Of a stretch of DNA of 64,000 bases, positions 27,651 through 41,659 are shown one piece after another. The stretch is from assembly GCA_951406725.2 (NCBI GenBank), contig OX597816.1:116188001-116252000 (forward strand), in the 5' to 3' direction. The number at the start of each line of letters is the position of its first letter. Position 1 is the stretch's first letter. The notes below the pieces were generated by a model. That model was not told the DNA's origin. It made no database searches and saw only the letters and a list, made by a program, of their open reading frames with translations. The DNA comes from Octopus vulgaris. Lineage: Eukaryota. The translations under genes and the position numbers were made by a program.

Positions 27651-29624
27651 TTAGAGTATGTTTAGTTGTGGTCTGTATTTTTGAATAAGATTACTTTCCT
27701 TATTTATTCGTGTTTGGTCTGTGGTGTTGTCCGAGCATTGGTATAGTGGGAAGACTAAGAATTTTGGGGACTTATTGTGTGCACAAAGGTCTAAGTGTCC
27801 ACTTAGTGGTATCTGTCTTGTGGAGGGGTCCCTCAGTTGTTGTCGGTGAACTGTCATTCTGTCTCTGAGGGTAAGGCTCGTTTGCCCTATGTAGTCTTCG
27901 TGGCATCCTTCACACCTTATGACGTAGAGTAAATTTTTTGATGCGCACGTGAAGTTATTTTTTATGATGAATGTGTGTCCCGAGTGGAACTTGTACGACG
28001 ATCCCTCAATGAGGTGGATGCAGGTCTTACAGTTGGGGCGACCACATTTTTTGATGGTGGGCGGTGGGTTTGTGTTGTGTAATTTTGCGTTGGTGAGGAG
28101 GTTTTTTAGGGATTTAGGTTGTCTCTTACTTTTTATTATTTTATGAGCTGCCAGTATTTTTTTCAGGCGTGGGTCTTGATTTAGTTGTGGAATGTTGTTG
28201 TATATAATAGTGTAAGCTTCTGCATTCCTTGGGTTGTGTGTTGAGAGATAAGGGAGGCTATTGACTGTACTGTGGATGTGTTTGGGTTTTCGAAGGTCTT
28301 GAATGTTGATTGATTTGGCCCGTTCTATTCCGTTGTCTACTAGTGATGCCGGGTAATGTCTTTCGAGAAGAATTGCCCTTAGTTCCCGGAGTCTTCTATT
28401 TCGTGTTGTGTCATTTGAGACAATAGTGCAGATTCTTCTCGCTAGATTGAAGGGGATATTTGTCTTTGTGTGTTTTGGGTGATTGGAGGTGAATAGAAGG
28501 TATTGTTTAGAGTCAGTGGGTTTGTAATGGATGTCAGTTTCAATGTTGACGCCTTTTTTAATGATTAGGATGTCAAGAAAAGGGAGTTGGTCCTGACTAT
28601 ATTCCATTGTGAATTGAATGTTGTTATTTACACTGTTGATAAGGTTTTTGAAGTCTATAAGTTGGTCGAGTGTGTGGGACCATAGGATGAGGCAATCATC
28701 TAAGTAGCGTTTCCAGTTCTCCAACAGGTATTTGTGGAAAGACTGGCCGTACTTATATTTGGATTTTTCATAGATATGTGATTCCAGGTAGGCCATCACC
28801 AGGTTTGCATAGGTAGGTGCAACTTTCGTACCCATTGCAGTCCCTGAGACCTGTCTGTAAGTGTTGTTGTGGAAATACATGAAGTTGTTTTGCAGAATAA
28901 ATTTGAGGCCCTCAATTATGAATTCTTTTTTAATTCTTTCCGGGATCTCATTGGGATATTTATCCAGCCAGAATTTAATGGCTTCCAGTCCAAATTCATG
29001 TGGGATTGTGGTGTAAAGATTAATAACATCAAAAGAAACGATTAAGGTGTCTTTATCGGCATGTTTGGGGAGATGGTTTAATAGGTCCAGGTCATCTCTT
29101 ACAATACTTGGAATGTGTTTCAGTATTGGCTTTAAGATGATATCTATAAAGTTGCTAAGTCTGTGTGTTTCACAACTTGGGCCTGCCACTATTGGTCTCA
29201 GTTTGAGATCAGTGGGATGTGGTATAGTGATGCAGGTTGAAGTGGACTTTTTGCAAGCTTCTGTGATAATTTGACTCTTGTGTATTTTTGGAAGGCCATA
29301 GAGTGTGCTGGTTTTGCAATTAAATTTAGTAATGTAGTCGCATTCCTTTGCTGTCAAGTCATTCCGGTGTTGGTAAATGAGTGCCTTCAGATTGGTCATT
29401 GTTTTGGATTGCTGGTAGTCGACTACTCTTTCGTAGTATGTGGTATCCTCTAAAAGGAGAGATACAGAGTTTTTATATTGCTCAGTATTCATAACAACGA
29501 CCGTACTACCCTTATCAGCTTCCTTTATTGTGACGTCATGATTGTCTCGTAGTGTATGGATGATTTCCCATTCTCTTTTACTGGTGTTGGGTTTGAGTTT
29601 AGGTTGTGGGAGTTCAATGGTTGT
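27651..29624 (-). CDS. PLE reverse transcriptase + GIY-YIG endonuclease, N-terminally truncated
   Basis: Frame is open upstream of the tracked Met and includes IKEADKGSTVVVM (DKG motif). Also LYGLPKIHK, LRPIV, SFDVINLYT, GTAMGTKVAPTYANL, RYLDD, LPFLD, SNHP, CGRPNCKTC linker and NLLYVIRCEGC..YIGQT..R..H..H. Confidence 0.95.
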   Translation of the reverse strand, partial: TTIELPQPKLKPNTSKREWEIIHTLRDNHDVTIKEADKGSTVVVMNTEQYKNSVSLLLEDTTYYERVVDYQQSKTMTNLKALIYQHRNDLTAKECDYITKFNCKTSTLYGLPKIHKSQIITEACKKSTSTCITIPHPTDLKLRPIVAGPSCETHRLSNFIDIILKPILKHIPSIVRDDLDLLNHLPKHADKDTLIVSFDVINLYTTIPHEFGLEAIKFWLDKYPNEIPERIKKEFIIEGLKFILQNNFMYFHNNTYRQVSGTAMGTKVAPTYANLVMAYLESHIYEKSKYKYGQSFHKYLLENWKRYLDDCLILWSHTLDQLIDFKNLINSVNNNIQFTMEYSQDQLPFLDILIIKKGVNIETDIHYKPTDSKQYLLFTSNHPKHTKTNIPFNLARRICTIVSNDTTRNRRLRELRAILLERHYPASLVDNGIERAKSINIQDLRKPKHIHSTVNSLPYLSTHNPRNAEAYTIIYNNIPQLNQDPRLKKILAAHKIIKSKRQPKSLKNLLTNAKLHNTNPPPTIKKCGRPNCKTCIHLIEGSSYKFHSGHTFIIKNNFTCASKNLLYVIRCEGCHEDYIGQTSLTLRDRMTVHRQQLRDPSTRQIPLSGHLDLCAHNKSPKFLVFPLYQCSDNTTDQTRINKESNLIQKYRPQLNIL

Positions 29625-29696
29625 GTAATATTCAATGTGACAATTATGTAAAAAACTTTTTTTGAACCCATCTAATTCAATGTTTCCTTAAATGTA

Positions 29697-29737
29697 ACTT
29701 TTGACAATCTTTTACCAAAGAGTGAAACCGGTTAAGT
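29697..29737 (+). ncRNA. Hammerhead-like motif in the inverted 5' pLTR, U3-A8 variant
   Basis: Identical to 25558-25598 on the opposite strand. Confidence 0.65.
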
Positions 29738-29776
29738 AAATAAACATCGTTTAAATTGCATTTTCAAACCTTTTTT

Positions 29777-29866
<90 letters not shown>

Positions 29867-30451
29867 AAATAACGAGGCGGCTATAAGCAATATGAAACCA
29901 AACAGGAAGATTTCAATTATCACTAATTGTGACTGACGGTGCAGGGTAGCAACTACATTGCAAGAAATTGGAGTTAAAAACCCTCTTAGGCGCAAAGAAG
30001 CACATGCCTATTTACTGACAGGGGAGTTAACCACCCCACGGCGAGCAAGATTACCATACTAGAATTTTAGCTTCACTTGAAATTAAAGTTCTTCAGCGGT
30101 GAAAAGTTTGCCTAAATCTCGACTGCCAGTATATAATATTTATCATATGAATCAATGGCTGATCCAACAAAATGGCATGTGAAAATCATAAAACAACGAA
30201 GGCGGTTATGCATATATGTATACTTTCCATGTTCATATTTTAATTCTTTTGCGTTTCAATAATTTTTCGTTGCTCTTATTCACACTCGAATTTGATGGAC
30301 AAATAACGGTATGCAAGCCGACACAACAAATTTCTAGTGCAACTTTTTTACTGATGTACCTGAGACACAGAACGACGGGTCGAAGCATGTGTCGTACTTA
30401 TAAGTCTAATACACATTTCATCCCCTATTTTATTAATACTATTATATATAT

Positions 30452-31614
30452 TGTTACGGTTGGCTAAGTGCATTTCGGGTTTAATTAGTGTAGTGTTTCT
30501 GGTGACCCACTTAGGAATTATGGCACCATCATGTCTGGTGAAAATGTGACAGTCTTTTATCTAATGGAGGACTGATGGGTTTTGGAAGGACCTGTGACCT
30601 CGTGCGGTTGAGAAAAGGGTCAGGAGAATGTGAAAGAAAAGGGACAGATTAAGGGCTGAGAGCGAATAGAGATAGAGTATAAGCAGTAAGGGACGGATAG
30701 AGAGGCTAAGGGACAGTAGGCGATATAGATAGAGTAAGGAATGAGATAGCAAATAGAAAGGCTATAAGAGGGAGATGAGGGAGTGGAAGCGAGGACAGAG
30801 ACGAAGGAGGTCTTGGCAGTCGTTGAGCGTTCGTCGAGGAACACAGACGGATCTTGGAGTTGGTAGCTGGTCGTCAAGAAGGGCAGTCGTTGAGCGGTCG
30901 TCGAGGAACACAGACGGACTCTGGAGGTCAGAGCGAGTAGATGGAACCTTGGATTTAAGGAGCAAGCGTTGGAATTCCTGGGAGCGAGCTGGGATGCGAG
31001 GAGGCCTAGGGGCAAGCGATTGGAATATGCACAGAGGGGAATTAGCAGAGTATTCAGAGGATTTAGCAGTATTCAGAGGAATTAGCAGGATTGAGAGGAA
31101 TGGGACACTGGCAGATTCAAATGGGAATTGAGGTATGTGTTTGTGTATTGATATGTGTCACGGTGTAGGGAGCAGTGAAAAGAACAGTCAAGGACTCTGT
31201 CGATGTGGTCGATAAAGGACATTGTGAATTGAAGAGTAAAGGACTTGTTGACTGTGATGTTCAGAAAGAGACTTTAAAGAACTGTTGTCTTGGGACGTGT
31301 ACTCTTGAATTGTTACATGATGTTGTATTATGCTTTGATCTGTTGTATTATGTATTGAGTAGTCACGTGCATGCTTTGATGTATCTTGATGTTGTAACAA
31401 TTGTAATTGTCGTATGAACTGTTGTTTGAATATAAGCCAGTGTTGCCAGTTGTTGCCTTGCCTCTTTGGGTTGTATCTCGGGTTGTGCCTCTGTATCTCT
31501 GTGCTGCTGCGGTTGTGGTCGTTGTTGTATCTCTTCTCTCTCCGCCTCTTTGGGTTCCGTGGCGGAACTTGTGTGAGCCGTTCGGGACGGGCGACGACGG
31601 GTGATTCCGTAACA
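30452..31614. mobile_element. Solo LTR, probably Gypsy-type
   Basis: Termini TGTTACGG...CCGTAACA, ATAT on both flanks, 1163 bp, GC above background, no credible ORF. Confidence 0.7.
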
Positions 31615-31621
31615 ATATATA

Positions 31622-31891
31622 TTCTTTTACTAGTTTCAATCATTTGACTGTTGCTATGCTGGAGCACCGCCTTTAGTCGAGCAAATCGACACAAGGACTT
31701 ATTCTTTGTAAGCCTACAACTTATTCTATCGGTATCTTTTGCCGAACCACTACGCTACGGGGACGTAAGCACACCACCATCGGTTGTCAAGCGATGTTGG
31801 AGGGACAAATACACACACACACACGCATATACACACACACGCACACACGCACACACACACATACACACACACGCACACACACGCACACACG

Positions 31892-31931
<40 letters not shown>

Positions 31932-32074
31932 CGACAGGCTTCTTTCGGTTTCCGTCTACCGAATCCACTCACAAGACTTTGATCGGCCCGAGGCTATAGT
32001 AGAGGACTCTTGCCCAGAATGCTACGCAGTGGAACTGAACCCGGAACCATGTGGTTGGTAAGCAAGCTACTTAC
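31622..32074 (-). mobile_element. SINE family B
   Basis: Reverse complement of the family B body, lacking the first part of the head. Confidence 0.9.
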
Positions 32075-32405
32075 AGCTTGCTTACCAACGACTTGGTTCC
32101 AGGTTCAGTCCCATGCGTGGCTCCTTGGGCAAGTGTCTTCTACTATAGCCCCAGGCCAACCAAAACCTTGTGAGTGGATTCGGTAGACGGAAACTGAAAG
32201 AAGCCCGTCGTATACACACACACAGACATATATATATATATATATATATATATCTGTGTGTTTCAGTGTTTGTCCCCCACCATCGCTTGACGACCGATGT
32301 TGGTGTGTTTACGTCTCCCGTAAATTAACGGATCGGCAAAAGAGACCGATAGAATAAGTACTAAGCTTACAAATAAGTCCTGGGGTCAGTTTGTTCGACT
32401 AAAGG
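32075..32405 (+). mobile_element. SINE family B, head-to-head with the previous copy
   Basis: agcttgcttaccaac...gttcgactaaaggc. Confidence 0.9.
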
Positions 32406-33865
32406 CTAATTTTGGGGGAGGGGGCCAGTCGATTAGATCAACCCCAGTGCGCAACTGGTACTTTATTTATCGACGCCGAAAGGATTGCTAGATATTAAAT
32501 CGGTGAAGGAATTTATCTGAGCGTTGTTCTCTCCAGATTCAAAAGAAAAAAGAAAGAGCCAGATTTACCTTGAACCACCCCATATCATCTTTAAAAAGAG
32601 AGAGATGGGAAGAACACATTTACCATTGTATTCCTAGATGTACACGATAATGTCGACTGGAATGCCCTTGTTAGTAGTATATGATTTAAGAGAGATTTTG
32701 TTGTTGTTTCTAGCATATCAAGCGATCGCATAGATTCCCTTTATAAACGAGTACTTTCTGTATTCGCTACCTTTGGAAAATTACTTCAGATTCGTTCAAA
32801 TTTGATTGACAAAACGTTGTCTGTTCATGGTACATCTAATGAAAACCTAGATCGATATGCCCTGCCTTTATTTCTTATAGGTAAACAAAATAATATTTTA
32901 GGTGTATTTCTCTATCATGGTGCAAATAAAAACATAATCTTAGAACTAGCATTTTGCTCTACTTTCTTATCATTATGTATCTGTCCTACAGCTTTCAGGA
33001 CAAGAAATCATAAACATTGTTATGGCTGTCCCCGCTGATCAGTTCCAAGTTGGTCTTGAACAAATGCACATTGGACCGAAATGAAAATGCATAACAAACA
33101 TATACAACTACGTAGATGTAGCTTACACATAAATCTTTATTACACTTGGAGATCTTAGAAATTAACAAAAAGTCTCAGAGATTTTATTTTGCATTTAAGG
33201 AAAAATTACAATGAAATATTTTGCCTGTATTTCATAAAATATAATATGTTTCTCAGGAAAATATCTTCACCAGAGAACTACTTTTCCTACATATGAAGAT
33301 GTCCCCTAAGAGCTGGTGCTTGACTTCATTTTCTCAAGGTTATATAAATGAAAGCTAAATCCCTCCCTGGGTAAGACGTTATTCTATTTCTGTTAACAAT
33401 CCAAAATTATCTGCTGCTTATTTTCTATAACTGGGTGAACTGGGGCGTGTAAAAATAAGTGTACCACTTAAATACACAAAGAAACGCCTGCAGTGGATTT
33501 AATCTCAAGAATTATGAGTTGGTAATCCAATATCATATTACACAGACATTTCGGTTTTAATATATCTCCCAGGGACTTTAGAGAGCATTTTTAAATAATT
33601 TCAAACCTCATAGAAAGTTAACATTATGAGGTTAACTGCTGAATGTATGCATTATGATTTCCATATAAATGTGATCTTGTCAATATTTTATCCCACATTG
33701 ACGTAACTTTGTGGCTTCTTTACTTTTACTTTATACACCTGTCGTAAGAACTCATCCAGGGCCATCATTTGTTTCTGGGTTTGCGCACACACACACATAC
33801 AGACGGGGACACACACACAAATATATATATGCATATGTGTGTGTGTGTGTGTGTGTGTTTGTGTG

Positions 33866-33912
<47 letters not shown>

Positions 33913-33914
33913 TT

Positions 33915-34660
33915 AGGTGCAGGCGTGACTGTGTGGTAAGAAGCTTGCTTCCCAACCACATAGTTCCAGGTTCGGTCCCACTGCATGGCACCTTCGGTTA
34001 GTGTCGCCTACTATAGGCTCGGGCCGACCAAAGCCTTGTCAGTGGATTTGGTGGACGGAAACTGAAAGAAGCCTGTCGTAAGTGCGTGTATGTGTATGTG
34101 TGTGTGTGTGTTTGTTCACTCCACTCCCGATTAGTTGACAACCGATGTTGGCGTGTTTACGTCCCCGTAACCTAGCGGTTCATCAGAAGAAACCGATAGA
34201 ATAAGTACCAGGCTTAGAAAGAATAAGTTCAGGGGTCGATTTCTTCTACTAAATGGCGGTGTTGAAGCATGGCCCCAATCAAATGACTGAAACAAGTAAA
34301 AGAATATAAAAGAATAAAAGAATATATAGACGCAGGAGTGGGTATGTGGTAAGAAGCTTGCTTCCCAACCACATGGTTCCGGGATCAGTCCCAGTGCGTG
34401 TCACTTTGGGCAAGGGCCTTCTGCTATAGCCTCGGGGCGACCAAAGCCTTGTAAGTGAATTTGGTAGACGGAAACTAAGAGAAACCCGTCGTATATATAT
34501 ATAAATGTATGTACGTATGTATGTATTTGCTTGACAACCGATGTGTGTGTGTTTTCGTCCACATATCTAGTCATTCGGCAAAAGAAATAGATAGAATAGG
34601 TATTGGACTTACAAAGAATAAGTCTTGGAGTCGATGTGTTCGACTGAAGGTCGACCCCAG
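33915..34660 (+). mobile_element. Two tandem family B SINEs (33915-34322 and 34329-34660)
   Basis: Two heads gtggtaagaagcttgcttcccaaccacat, each followed by a body. Confidence 0.9.
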
Positions 34661-35076
34661 GCCTCCTCGAGGAAACTAGACGATGACTGTGTAGAAGAGT
34701 CGGATGGTCTGCATACATAATTCGAAGATGCAAACCTTGTAACAACTCGCGATGCTACTGTGCGTGCTCGTGCGATCAAACAGGTGACCGAACTACTTAA
34801 TGTAATTTATGACCGGAGATTGCATCGCGTATACAATTATATACACAACATATATACATATACATTTGTCACTCTGTTCTTGAAAAGGGATGCCTAACAT
34901 ACTTTAACCATTTCACCAAAACTTGTTGCTTGATCGAAAATCTATAAACATGCATATATTATTTGTGAGTTTATTTATTACGTAAGCTATAACCTTCTTG
35001 AAACAGCTGTCGAGATAAGACATTACATAGTTATCATTTTCTCTTTTCTCAAACCTAACACTGCTTACTTTACTAC

Positions 35077-35109
<33 letters not shown>

Positions 35110-35962
35110 TGTATGTATATATGCATGTATGTGTATGTATGTATGTATGTATTTATGTATGTATGTATGCATGCATGTGGGTGTGTTTTTGTGTATGGTG
35201 TGTGCGTGTGCTGTATGTGTGTGTGTGTACGTTTGTGTGTGGTGTGAGTGTGTGTGTGAGTGCATGTATTTATGAACATGTAGATATATTAGTCCATCGC
35301 GTGCGTATGTGTGTGAGTGTGTGCGCACGCCCGTGTGTATCAATTCGAGTGTATCTCGAGCACTTGTTTTGAACTAGTAATAATGTTACAAGAACTGAAT
35401 TTTTTAACCACGTACACATGTTAGGCGCGCACACGCACACATTCACCATTCATGTGTTTTATGAATGTGTGTACGTGTATGTATACCTATCTCTCTCTCC
35501 CTCTCTCTCTATCTCTCTCCTTCTGTATGTGTGTATGTATATACACACACACATTAATACCCAAACATAGATATGTATATATACATATATATTTATTTAC
35601 ATAACACACACATATATATATATATATATATATGTGTGTATATATATTTGTGTATATATATATATATATATATATGTAAAGTTCGTGTGCGTGTATAATA
35701 TATATGTGTAGGTATCAATTTATGTAAGTACGTAAGTATGTATATAGGTGTGTATATGATTATAAGTAAGTGAAGAGGCGCGTATGTATGTGTTGATATG
35801 AAATCTTTTCATGTCTTTCTTTTCAAACACGCACACACACAAACACACATGTACACACACATTTACAAATACACGCATAGATATATTTGTACAAAGGAAT
35901 CTATTTAATTTTCTATGTCACTCAACCATCGAAACATATATATACATACATACATACATACA

Positions 35963-35994
<32 letters not shown>

Positions 35995-36263
35995 CATATA
36001 CACGATCTCACACATCTACTTCTAAGTATGTCTGTATGTTTCGCTGTATATGTATGACTTATAATTTGGCGCTACACACTTCCAAGCATATATACCCATT
36101 TAAGGCGCTTAACTCCTTAAACTGTCAAAAGAGCCGTTTTTTTCTGACATCTGTTATAAATAGATGTTAATATAACATTGCAGGATACAGTGTTGATCAG
36201 CGTGAAATCTTGTGAAACATTTCATTTTTCACTTATGGTTATATTTTCACACACGCACGAGAG

Positions 36264-36294
<31 letters not shown>

Positions 36295-36802
36295 ATACAC
36301 ACGCACGTACACACGCACGTACACACGCACAAACACACACGCACACACGTGTGAATATGAGTGTAAAGTCGCTCCCATACGCACATGCATATACCTATAG
36401 ACACATATATAAACAAATATATACTCATATATACTTACATGTATATACAGATACAGATGTATACGTACTATATGTATATACATATATAATACGAATACGT
36501 ATACTCACATATATATATATATATATACACACACACATACGCTTTCATATATAGATAGATAGATATACATACATTTATATATGTATATATGTATATATGT
36601 ATATATGTATATATGTGTGTTTGTTTGTGTGTGTGTGATTCCTTTTGTAAAGATATACACACACAAATACGGAAACAAACATACAGAAACGCGCAGATAC
36701 ATTCACACATATATAATATATACTACTTTCATCTAACTCCCTGCACATTTTTCATGCATCTATACACATCACATGACACCTTCCAAACACTATATATTTA
36801 TT

Positions 36803-36856
<54 letters not shown>

Positions 36857-37065
36857 CACATATACACACATATATATGTATAAATATATATATACATGTA
36901 TATATATTTATATATATGTTATATATATATGTGCATATACTATTGCAATGAACAACGTGTAAAGGAAATATCTGCATGAATTCCTGTATATATAACTTGT
37001 ATATATATACATAGCTATATTTTATTATAAATATCAGTCAACTGTAGTCCGTCTCCATCTGCTCT

Positions 37066-37105
<40 letters not shown>

Positions 37106-37489
37106 CGACGACAACGACGACGACAACGACGATGATAAATAATGATATTAGTTATAACGCTATTGTCATCGTGCTTTTGCCATCTAAGCTTATTTGGATT
37201 TTTCCTTGATGAAGATTATAATTACTTACAATCACAAATACAAACAATGATAATAGGTGTAATTAGAATGAGGATGAGGATGATGATGATGATGATGATG
37301 AAGATGACGACGACGACGATATTGATGGTGTTCAATAATTAGAGCAATAATAATGTGAATATATATGTATACATACATATATATTCACAATGCATACGTA
37401 TATATCTGTATTCATATGTATATACGAGTATATGTTATTTGTACATGGGTTTGTATGCATATATATGTTATTTACATATGTTTATGCAC

Positions 37490-37531
<42 letters not shown>

Positions 37532-37589
37532 CTATATATATGTGCGTGTGTATGTATATGTATATATGTATGTATGTATATGTTTATGT

Positions 37590-37760
37590 GTCAGTGTTTG
37601 TCCCCCGCGCCACCATCGATTGACAGCCGATGTTGGTTCTTTTATGTACCTGTAACAGTGGTTCAGCAAAAAGAGACCGATAGAATAAGTACTAGGCTTA
37701 CAAAGAATAAGTCCTGCATGACCGCAGTCAAATGACTGAAACAAATAAAAGAATAAAAAA
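37590..37760 (+). mobile_element. SINE family B, 3' fragment
   Basis: aaagagaccgatagaataagtactaggcttacaaagaataagtcc...gactgaaacaa. Confidence 0.8.
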
Positions 37761-37763
37761 GTA

Positions 37764-37804
<41 letters not shown>

Positions 37805-38524
37805 TACATATGTATGCATGCATACATACACAGAACACACGTTCGTGCATACACAAAGGACTGTTGTTGTTTTTCTGCATGGAAATAACTAAATAGCTGA
37901 ACTACATCAAAGAGTGAAGAAAGCGAAGGATTCTGTTTCAAATATAAACAAATGAATAAATATGTCTCATTGTAAACCACCAGATTAAACACTAAATATT
38001 TTTAATCTGGCGGTTGTAGTTATTATGCTGGTTGTTATGGATCCAGTTCTTGTCGACGTTGATTGTAATGGTCTTGTTCTGGCCATGTTGGTGTTGCCGT
38101 TGCTGTCACTACTGCTGCTGGTACTGGTACTGCTGTTGCTGTGGTTGTTGTTGTTATTATTTCTGTCTAAGAATGTAACTAGGACAGCAGAAATTAACAT
38201 CTGAACACTGCGATCCACTTAAGGATGTGTTAATTTTGTTCATTCAAACGTATGGTCTGTAGGTTTATGCGTGTTTTTTTTTCCATGTGTGAGTATGTGT
38301 TTGTGTATGTCTTAAAAATATACATATACACATACACACACATACGAAATATATATATATATATATACATGCAAGTACACGCACAAATACATATGTAATT
38401 ATATGTTTGTGTGTGTTAATGGTTGGATGCAAGCGTATTCATATAGCAGGCTGTCTGCATCTGAAGATATATACGGATGGGTGAGTAGCCATGTTCCCAT
38501 GTGAATGGTTGCGCATCCTACATA

Positions 38525-38586
<62 letters not shown>

Positions 38587-39984
38587 AATGCATGTGTGCA
38601 TGTGTCTGCGTCTTGGGATGTAGTATTTTCTGAGCAACGCATTGGAACTTATACATATGCAGCAACTACGAACAAAAATTAAGAATAAATAGTCAGCGGA
38701 AGCCGGTTATTATAATCGCATATGATGATAACAAAATTAGATTCCAAACTTATTGTTATATCTTCTGTTTAATGCTTTCAAGCGGATTTTGTAACGAAAA
38801 TGCCTCCGTTTCAAATCGATCAATATTTGCATCTTTCACTGCGGTTTCTTTTATTCGTTTCGTTATTAGTTTCGGATATTGAACTTCGGACATGCCGGAC
38901 CAGTGATTTCTGGATATCCACCGCACTTCACATTTTGCTGGCTGGTACTTATTGTATCTGTCTTGAAAGTGGATATACAAAGGATTTGAATTCTGAATGG
39001 AAAACAAAATGATTCTAAATACTGAGTTTTTTGCAGGAGTGGGGCCGATCACTTTATAGTGCTTTCCACTTTACCAGTTTCGACTTATTAGCGTATGTGC
39101 TCAGCTCGCTCTCACACACATAAAAATCTGCATGCCCCGAGATATTTATAAAGTAAAAGCAATGGAGCTCATCGATTTCGACTGTGAAAGTTATATTGTT
39201 GGGTCACTGGAGTTCACCCCTCATGTTCGTCCGCTGGAGAAACGAAGACGATCGAATTATTCTTAAGCCTGATTGATGATTTGCGCAGTGACTTAGTTTA
39301 AAGTAGAGAAGAGTTGGACAGCGTCAACCTCACTTCTTGTCCGTAACCATCTTCAGTCCAATGACAAGACGAAGTCAAAACAATTTGGGATACAGACGGA
39401 TGAAGTGGATGGCAAAGATGCCTTATTTAGCTCATCTTGCTCTTTGTACTACATAATGCGTAACTGTAGCCACCCTCTTCTCCGTTGAATCATGAAATGT
39501 TCTTTAGCCGTGTCCATCGAAACCAGTCTTCATATGCATAGACAGGCAAGTCCTAATGTGCTAATTAACTCATAGCTGGAGCCTTAAGAGGTGCTGCTAC
39601 TCCAGATCAGAATAGACCTGGGAACAACAATGGCTAAGAGCTGATTCCACTCTCCTCAAAATACTAGAACACACGAATCAGGGTCCGACAATTGGACGCT
39701 GGTTAAAGTCATACCCAGGTCACTGTTAGAGTGTGTCAGAGGTAGAGCATTCAGCAGACACGTACTATTCACGTAATTTTGAAACAGAATCAGCATATCA
39801 TAGTGTATGACAAGGCTATGCTTTTTAATTACAGTACTATCCAACCGACGGGATTCCGTACAATTTTCATCATTTTGTTTGTTCAAAACATAACGCAGTC
39901 GATTGAACCCGAGTTCACATGATTGCAAAGCAAACTTCTTTAACATTTGGCCATGCTATGTCCATGTGTGTATGTATTCTTTAA

Positions 39985-40215
39985 TTCTTTTACTTGTTTC
40001 AGTCATTTGACTGCGGTCATGCTGGAGTTCTACCTTGAATTTTTTGGTCGAATCAATCGACCCCAGTACTTATTTTTTTAAAGCCTGGTACTTATTCTAT
40101 CGATCTCTTTTGCTCAGCCCGAGGCTATAGTAGAAGACACTTGCGCAAAGTGCCACACAGTGGGACTGAACCTGGAACCATGTGGTTTGGAAACAAGCAT
40201 CTTACCTCACAAACA
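39985..40215 (-). mobile_element. SINE family B with internal deletion
   Basis: Tail joined directly to gcccgaggctatagtagaagacacttg of the head region. Confidence 0.8.
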
Positions 40216-41523
40216 CGATATAAAGTAAATTCAAACGTAAAACACTGTAAACATATTCTCGTTTTTATATTCATAAATTCTTACATAGCCCATCTGGTTT
40301 ATGAGTTCCTTTAATGGAGTTTACACTGTTGCTTCCATGAAGCCATGTCTCCGGTATGAAGATGATACTCCTCCGCTAGTCTCAGAAGCTTCGAAGAAAC
40401 GGCCATATGCACTGGTCATCCTTAACTTACGAATAAAAATAATTGTATGATTTCGTGATGTATGATTGCATACATAAAGACGTACGTACACGAACACCTA
40501 TGCACACACACAAGATCGCATCTCAATACCTACAGGGAGCTAATATGTTTAGTTCGAGACTAAATTGTTATTCAAAAGGCAAAAGCACGGATGTTTTCAT
40601 TTTTTAGAAGTCATTTCAAATACAAAGCCAGTTCAAATACATGATGTCACAAACTGCTCAATTCATATACATGACGTCACAAACTGCATTCGACGCTCAG
40701 ATTTGTTTTTGCATTGACAAGTCGGTGAGCGTTGCAGAACAACGCTGACGTAGCCAAGTGATTAAAAGTTTGTTTCAGAATTGCCTGGTTTGAGGTTCGT
40801 TCACACAGCAAACATTGTGAAGGCAACTGGGTAAGCAGATGCTGCACGGGTGTCAGTCAAAACGACTGTACCGCTTCTTGGAGAATATATATAATTTATC
40901 GCCCAATTAAATGCCACCCCATTGATAATGTCTTTGCAAAAATATAAGATCATACAATTCTATTTGTCTTTATGCTTAGTTGAATAGAAACGAATTTGTA
41001 TCAGTAACTATCATTTAAGAAAGCCATAACCAGTATTTGCACAAGGAAAAATGTACGTTGCATATCGAACAATCATCTGAATAAAAAGGCAATGTACTCG
41101 AGAGAATAAAAATGGCTTAAAAAAAATTTATGGTGTGTTAAATATACAAAATAGACTAAAATAAAGAAGTTTAAAAAATAAGCAATCTGATGTTTTCAAG
41201 CAAAAATTATAACTGCTGCTACTTTTCAATAATTATTATAAAATATTTTATTTCAAAAATGTTTTACATTGCCTTCTTTCTCTGTCAATTTGTGTCTTTA
41301 TTTCTTCTCATCCATAGAATCTCACATACTTCGCAATGCCTTGGGAGTGGTAGAGTGCGTAAATGTGCATGTATGTGTTTACGTGGGCATGTATTTTTCT
41401 CGGTATTTTTTTGTATACACGCTCATAATAGTATATTTGTGTGCTTATATGAATACATATACTGTTGAGACATAATATGACATTTCAAAATATTGGAATA
41501 AAAGAAGGCAAGCATAGACAGAC

Positions 41524-41659
<136 letters not shown>

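Larger units (their letters stand above)
25475..29782 (-). mobile_element. Penelope-like retroelement (Neptune type), 5'-truncated, with inverted pseudo-LTR
   Basis: RT + GIY-YIG ORF; 25511-25668 is repeated inverted at 29626-29782 with a single 1-nt indel; ~36-nt tail at 25475-25510; (TA)n on both sides. Confidence 0.93.

Noticed and set aside
34995-35015. GAAACAGCUGUC half-hammerhead
   Set aside because: No recognisable NUGANNA core or stem II upstream
40641-40690. Duplicated motif containing a CRE (TGACGTCA)
   Set aside because: A single 8-mer in a short local duplication with no associated promoter or gene evidence
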